Of a stretch of DNA of 64,000 nucleotides, positions 61,005 to 64,000 are shown piece by piece. The notes beneath the pieces were generated by a model. That model was given only the letters and a program-made list of their open reading frames with translations. It was not told the DNA's origin and ran no database searches. A program made the position numbers and the translations under genes. Position 1 is the stretch's first letter. Every line of letters starts with the position of its first letter. The DNA comes from Squalus acanthias. Lineage: Eukaryota. The stretch spans positions 99,016,001 through 99,080,000 of the forward strand of contig CM059432.1 of assembly GCA_030390025.1 (NCBI GenBank), in the 5' to 3' direction.

Positions 61005-63285
61005 CATAGAATTACATAGAAATTACAACTGGCAAACAGGCCATTCGGCCCAACCAGTTTGTGTTGGTGTTTATCTTTCACTCGAGCAGTAGTCCTATTC
61101 CTACGTATTTGCCCTGTTCCCATATCCATTTATTCTCTTTTCCTTCAACCACCTATCTAACCTATTCTTTAATGTTGACATGGTCTTTGCATCAATTACT
61201 AATCCTGGTAATGCATTCCACAGCCTCCTAATCCTCAGTAAAAATGTTTCTCCTGCTCTTTGTCCTACGTCTCTTGCATTTAATCTCATTTCTATGTCCT
61301 CTCATTGTAAACCTCTCAACAGTCTGTTTCTATTTACTTTGTCCCATCCCTTCATAATTTTAAACACCTCTGTCAAATTACCCCATAATCTCCTCTGCTT
61401 TTACAAAAACAGTCACAATTTTTCAAGTCATTTCTTCGTATTTGTATTTCCTTACACCAGGCAGCATCCTAATAAATTTGCTCTGTACCCTCGCTATTGC
61501 CTCAACATCCTTCCTATAGCGTGGAGATCAAAACTGCACATGATACTCCAACTGTGGTCTTACTAACAATTTATACAAATCCACCATAATATTCGACTTC
61601 TATATTCCATACCTCTTGTTATTAAAGACCCAGTGTTACATTTGCTTTATTTATGGCCTTAGGTGCTGCTTTTAAAGTCTTATGAACCTAAACCCTCAAA
61701 TCCCTCTGCTTTCTCAAATCAGATAACATTCCCCATTCAAAGTATAAGCATTACTTTTATTTTTGTTACCAAAATATAGCACCTCACATTTACTGACATT
61801 GAATTCCATCTTTTGCCCATTCCATATTGCAGCTTCCTTTAGTACTCAGAATTATTTTCTATGCCCCCTATTTTAGTATTGTCTGCAAATTTAAATGCCA
61901 CACCCTCTAGCCCTATATCCAATTACTGATGTACACAGTGAACAGAAGTGGTCCCAGACAGAATGCTGTAGAACACTGCTCCCCATTCTTACTCTATTTC
62001 CTCCCTTCTAACTTGTTTTAAATCTAATTTACTACTCTTCCTCTAATTCCATAGCACTTAATTTTCTCCAGTAGCCTGCTCTGTGAAACCTTATCCAAAG
62101 CTTTTTGAAAGTCCATATGAACACCATCCATTGCATCTCCCCCATTCACCATAGCTGTCATCTCCTTAAAAGAACTCTACCAGAAATATCATACGCAATC
62201 TTCCTTTCTGAAATCCATGTTGACTGCTTCTAATTGTTTTTTCTTCAACTAGATGGTTATTAATTTCATCTTTAAACCAGTTAAATATTGGGAAGTCCAA
62301 AGCCATTGTCTTCGGCCCCTGCCAGAAACTCTGTACCCTTGCCACTGATACCATCCTCCCCCCTCGCCACTGTCTCAGGTTGAACCAAACTGTTTACATA
62401 TTCACTATCCTATTCGACCCCAAGCTGAACTTCCTACCCCATATATTCTCTATCACAATATCCGCCTACTTCCACTTTTGTAATATTGCCCACCTCAGCT
62501 CCTGCCTTAATCCATCTGCTATTGAAACCCTCATCCATGCCTTTGTCAGCTCCAGACTTAATTATTCTAATGCTCTTTTCACTGGCTTCCCATCATCCAC
62601 GCTCTGTAAACTTCAGCTCATCCAAAACTCTGCTGCCTGTATTCTATCCTGCACCAAGTCCTGCTCACCCATCACCAGATGTTGACCTACATTAGCTCCT
62701 GCTCTCCCCCAATGGCTCTAGTTTAAAAGTCTCATCCTCGTGTTTAAATGCTTTCATGATCTTGCTCCTCGCTATCTCTGTAGCCTTCTACAACCCTACA
62801 TATCCCCAGAATTGTCCGTTCCTCTGACTCTGCCCTCTTGTGCATCCCCCACCCCCACCGCCCCATCGCTTCGCCCCATCATGGGCAGGCACGCCTTCAG
62901 CCATCTAGGCCCTATGCTCTGGAATTCTCTCCCTCCACCTCTCCACCTCCCTCTCTTCCTTTAATACCTTCCTTCAACCCACCTCTTTACCCATGTTAAA
63001 AGTGCTACATAATTATAAGTTGCTGTTGTTTTAATTAAAAATTCCAAAATTTTCTTTGCCACAGATGTTAAACTAACCAGCCTGTAATTACCTGGGTATT
63101 GCATTGATCACTCTCCAGTCCTCTGTCCCATATCCACGCTCAATAGAACCTTGAACCATAAGTTCTAAGGGCTCTGCATTACCTTCTCCCATTTCCCTCA
63201 GGATCTTTGGATGTAATCCATCAGGTTCCAGCACTTTGCCCTCCTTTAGCTTAAACAACTACTATTTCATGTTATTTGCTTTAAG
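61005..63285 (-). mobile_element. Old, highly decayed CR1, interrupted by L2
   Basis: RRLWNALP, SQHGFQKG and LVEF remnants with a CATAGAA tail near 61005-61020. Resumes at ~63040-63285. Confidence 0.75.
62330..63030 (+). mobile_element. L2 LINE 3' fragment
   Basis: AYFHFCNIAHL...ETLIHAFVSSRLNYSNAL, LWNSLP and 3' end AAAAGTGCTACATAA...GTTGCTGTTG. Confidence 0.82.
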
Positions 63286-63287
63286 TA

Positions 63288-64000
63288 CTTTACAGCAAGA
63301 CCTGGACGATATTCAGGCTTGGGCTGATAAGTGGCAAGTAACATTTGAGCCACACAAGTGCCAGGCAATGACTATCTCCAACAAGCGAGAGTCTAACCAC
63401 CGCCCCTTGACATTCAACGGCATTACCATCGCCGAATCCCCCACCATCAACATCCTGGAGGTCACCATTGACCAGAAACATAACTGGCCCAGCCACATAA
63501 ATACTGTGGCTACAAGAGCAGGTCAGCGGCTGGGTATTCTGCAGCGAGTGGCTCACCTTATGACTCCCAAAGTCTTTCCACCATCTACAAAGCACAAGTC
63601 AGGAGTGTGATTGAATACTCTCCACTTGCCTGGATGAGTGCAGCTCTGACAATACTCAAGAAGCTTGACACCATCCTGGCCAAAGCAGCCAGCTTGATTT
63701 GCACCCCAACCACCACCTTAAACAGTCACTCCCTCCACCACCGGTGCACCGTGGCTGCAGTGTGCACCATCTACAAATGCACTGCAGCAACTCACCAAGG
63801 CTTCTTCAACAGCACCTCCCAAACCCGCGACCTCTACCACCTAGAAGGACAAGGACAGCAGGTGCATGGGATCACCATCACCTCCAAGTCACACACCACC
63901 CTGACTTGGAAATATATTGACGATCCTTCATCGTCGCTGGGTCAAAATCCTGGAACTCCCTCCCTAACAGCACTGTGAGAGTACCTTCACCACACGGACT
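63288..64000 (+). mobile_element. LINE-B RT C-terminal fragment (runs off window)
   Basis: LQQDLDDIQAWADKWQVTF...; highly similar to 20040-20735. Confidence 0.88.

Overview
Eukaryotic, repeat-dominated intronic or intergenic DNA. The repeat families point to a cartilaginous fish (inference from HER1-like CR1 LINEs, a DeuSINE and Penelope/hammerhead fragments). No host gene, rRNA, tRNA or CRISPR array could be supported. The window holds at least six decayed PIF/Harbinger DNA transposon copies (DDE transposase gene and/or spliced Myb/SANT-like gene, convergent where both survive) and about 15 Harbinger-type MITEs, many with 3-bp TSDs. It also holds many CR1 LINEs (one full-length with intact ORF1 and ORF2), a second CR1-group LINE family, L2 fragments, a DeuSINE, Penelope-derived hammerhead ribozyme modules and a possible solo LTR. 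Most interesting: (i) several MITE families carry conserved arrays of consensus 5' splice sites plus acceptors on both strands; (ii) two diverged Myb-like genes share an in-frame TAG at the conserved Trp; (iii) hammerhead mini-elements, one split by a Harbinger at the catalytic junction; (iv) template-switch scars; (v) an intact CR1 with a duplicated 3' module at the centre of a three-level nest.
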